Positions 1 to 64,000 of a DNA stretch of 64,000 nt are shown piece by piece. Origin of the DNA: Hormiphora californensis (taxonomy: Eukaryota > Animalia > Ctenophora); contig CM035361.1 in the NCBI GenBank assembly GCA_020137815.1, positions 868,001 to 932,000 of the forward strand. Direction: 5' to 3'. Numbering within the stretch: the stretch's first letter is position 1; every line of letters starts with the position of its first letter. Made by a program: the position numbers and the translations under genes. The notes beneath the pieces are model-generated. The model was not told the origin of the DNA. It made no database searches and worked only from the letters and a program-made list of their open reading frames with translations.

Positions 1-67
1 CATGTTAAATATCAATGAATGAGATCTGTTCAGGATTAAATAGGGAGCTGAAAATTAGAAAAAGATC

Positions 68-113
68 TGGCGAGGGCCGGGCTCAAACCGACAACCTCTG
101 GGTTTCGCGTCCA
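68..113 (-). repeat. tRNA-derived (SINE-head-like) fragment
   Basis: Minus strand reads ...CCAGAGGTTGTCGGTTTGAGCCCGGCCCTCGCCA: a T-arm/B-box-like motif ending in CCA; the 5' half of a tRNA is missing. Confidence 0.5.
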
Positions 114-221
114 TTAGCAGCCAGAGAAGATATTAAAAATCTTGTTCCGACAGCTACAGGAATACAAGGATCTTAGGAATTATAGGATCCTGGAAACATC
201 TAGAATCTAATATTACTGTAC

Positions 222-1496
222 CTGCACGTTGGGGCTACTATCATGATTGTTCGTGTTACACTAAGAAGCAGCTGGACCCAGGTGGACATTCGTGCAGTTA
301 CACCTGTGTAGGGAGAGGGGTGAAGGGGAGTATAGATGGGGACCGGGGAGTATAGGGAGATGGGTGGACATTCGTGCTGTTACACCTGTGTAGGGAGAAG
401 TTGGGAAGAAAGGAACTCTTCAAGAGAAGTCTATTGAACCGTTCTAGCATTCTGAGAATAGTAATTACAGAGCCATATATGGCTCTGTAAATATAAATTA
501 CTATTCTCAGACTGCTAGAATGGTTCAATTGACCTCTAAATAATTGACCTCTAAATAAATATGTTTATTTAATGTAGTTAGTTAGTTGAATTTATTACCT
601 GTAATTAAGAAGGCGGTGATAGTACTAACAGTTGCATAGTGGACTGCATCAACAACAAAGAAGACCAATATTGTGGCGTGGATTGGTGCTGACAAGCCAC
701 TGCAAAGAAGATGAAAATATAATGGTTGTAGCGATCTAGTCCAAAAAAGTAATTTTGTGGGAAAGACAACAGCATGAAGAACAGATTTAATTCTTCAAAA
801 GCGTTTTCATCTAGATTTAAGACAGAATTGAGTGTCAAGTATGACTAGAACAACATCAATTCAAACATACCTGAGTATATCAAAAGAAGCCTGGATAAGA
901 TAAAGAAAATGCATAAGGTGGGCTCGTTTGGGCAGGTAGAACAACCATATCATAGCGTTACCAGTAATACAGGTTATACCTGTACAAGAGATTGTGTTAC
1001 CATGGTTACCATAACAAGAGATTGTGTTACCATGGTTACCATGGTTACCATAACAACCATATCATGGCGTTACCAGTAATACAGGTTATTTCTGAATAAG
1101 AGATTGTGTTACTATGGTTACCATAACAAGAGACTGTGTTACCATATCATGTTACTGTATTCAGCCACAGGGGAGAGGATCAAGTTTAGGGTGCCAAGGA
1201 TTGGGATGGTTCAGCTCTTGTTATCTTCTTTACGGGACACGGAGTCGATCAAGGCAATTGATTCAGCTACTATCAAGCACGATAATTGCACAATAATCGC
1301 ACAATAATCGCACAATAATCGCACAATAATTGTACAATAATTGCACACTCACCCAGAACAGCATAAACGGGTATTAACACCGCCATCCATTTGTTACTGA
1401 TGGCCGCTTGGAAGTACGCTGATTCGTCCACCATTCTGGCCTCCGTCCAACTTTCTGGTCGTTCTATATCTGTCAGGTTCTCCATAATCCGCAGCT
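222..1496 (-). CDS. Fragment of a minus-strand membrane protein gene, probably a rhodopsin-class GPCR, continuing off the left edge
   Basis: Exons 890-871 and 303-222 join in phase to give LLLIYSGVTARMSTWVQLLLSVTRTIMIVAPTC, which is TM3-like with S..R at the DRY position. Upstream exon 1496-1353 ends in hydrophobic KWMAVLIPVYAVL. The link between these parts is unresolved. Confidence 0.45.
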
Positions 1497-1652
1497 CTAT
1501 AAGTTCTGTTCTTATCTTAGAATATCATCTTAGCTATGTTATCAGGAAGAATTTCAATTAGAAAATCACTAGATAGCAAATTAATCCAATATAGTGCTGC
1601 AAATCAATGAAATATAGTGCTGCAAAAAGTCAAAATTACAACTTTCGGACAA

Positions 1653-1970
1653 CTATTTGAAAGTGTGGTAAGTATAATAGAATACTTTATTGGACCCCGA
1701 TATAACGGCTCCCGATTTACCGGAACCCCGATTTACCCCGATCATCCCGGTAAATCGGGTTTTGTACTTTAATGGACATCACCACTCACAACATATTCGC
1801 AAAAGGACAGCTATTTGAAAGTGTGGTAAGTATAATAGAATACTTTATTGGACCCCGATATAACGGCTCCCGATTTACCGGAACCCCGATTTACCCCGAT
1901 CATCCCGGTAAATCGGGTTTTGTACTTTATTGGACATCACCACTCACAACATATTCGCAAAAGGACAGCT
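1653..1970. repeat. 158-bp direct tandem duplication containing a MITE fragment
   Basis: CTATTTGAAAGTGTGGTAAG...AAAGGACAGCT is present twice. Confidence 0.9.
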
Positions 1971-2112
1971 GACAATGTGTAAATGCTATAGGAAGGAACA
2001 ACGCGATGCCGCGTTACATATGCAGAGGGATGTTATTAGGTCTTTTTTCTATCTCTGTCTCTCTCACTCTCACTCTCTATCTGTCTCTCTCTGCCTGTCT
2101 CTTTCTCTATCC

Positions 2113-2223
<111 letters not shown>

Positions 2224-3025
2224 CTTCTCTAACGCTATTCCCAATAGGTTTTCGGCCAATGGCCATTATCATAACGTTACATATGATTGACAACTTTAGT
2301 CACGTGTCACACACCCACCCCCCCCCCCCCCCCCCCCAAGAGACATCTTCCACTCAATTACCCAAGACACACTACCACTTCATTTCCTACCCAAGTCTTG
2401 ACCGAGGCCCAATCACGCACTACTTGGATTAGGGTCTGACTTCAATATTAAGGGTCTTATCAAATCAAATCAAATCAGATGTTGAGTTGAGTCAAATTAT
2501 GTAATGTGTTAAGCACGAACAAAAGGGAACAATTCGAACTGCAGCTTAGTCATGTCTTTGAAGTGCAATTTAAATTTAATTGCTCTCATTGGTTTGGGTT
2601 CGGATATAAAGCAACTTAACTCATAAACTCATAAAACTCATTCAACTATCATATGGACACGCCGATTGGGCATTTGGGCAGCCCCGACATGTTACTGTTC
2701 ACACGAGATGGTATCTAACACCTCCTTCCGGGAAGGGCCTTCCCTTTCCCTCTCAGGACCGTGCGAGTATCTAAAAACCCCTAACCCCTTCCCTTTCCCT
2801 CACAGTGCCGTGCGAGTATCTTAAACCCCCTAACCCCTTCCCTTTTTCTCACAGGACCGTGCTCGAGTATCTAAAACCCCCTAACCCCTCCCCTTTCTCT
2901 CACAGTACCGTGCAGGAATCTAAAACTCTCTTTCCTTTCAGGATCAGTACTTATCTAAAACTTCCCTTGCCTTTCAGGATCGGATACTAGCGGGGGTTTG
3001 TGAGTGGTTGCTTCTCTTATCACAG

Positions 3026-63990
<60,965 letters not shown>

Positions 63991-64000
63991 AGGAACTCCA

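Noticed and set aside
68-113. Functional tRNA gene
   Set aside because: Only the 3' half is present, with encoded CCA, so a SINE-like fragment fits better.

Overview
This is AT-rich, repeat-rich animal genomic DNA. A non-bilaterian such as a ctenophore is my tentative guess from repeat style and protein divergence, but the sequence does not prove it. Almost the whole window is the 3' ~three-quarters of one + strand WDFY3/ALFY (Blue cheese)-like gene. I assembled about 54 short GT-AG exons by hand (3026..63990); they encode ARM-like, ConA-like, PH, BEACH, WD40 and FYVE domains. The introns hold a CR1-type LINE (ORF2 only), an intact two-ORF L2-group LINE, several MITE families (pogo/Tigger-like with TA TSDs, hAT-like with 8-bp TSDs, G-ended foldbacks), a fragment of a minus-strand GPCR-like gene and many mini/microsatellites. 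Three observations stand out. (1) A four-exon antisense gene nested in one intron, mostly missed by the ORF track, encodes a 133-aa secreted prepropeptide with a signal peptide, RKR and GKKR cleavage sites and a six-Cys tail. (2) Tandem duplications repeatedly copy the splice junctions themselves into the flanking intron, up to ~31 near-identical decoy acceptors in front of one exon. (3) A canonical A_AAA_AAC -1 slippery site sits in the ORF1/ORF2 overlap of the intact LINE. Homology statements come from motif recognition, not from database searches.
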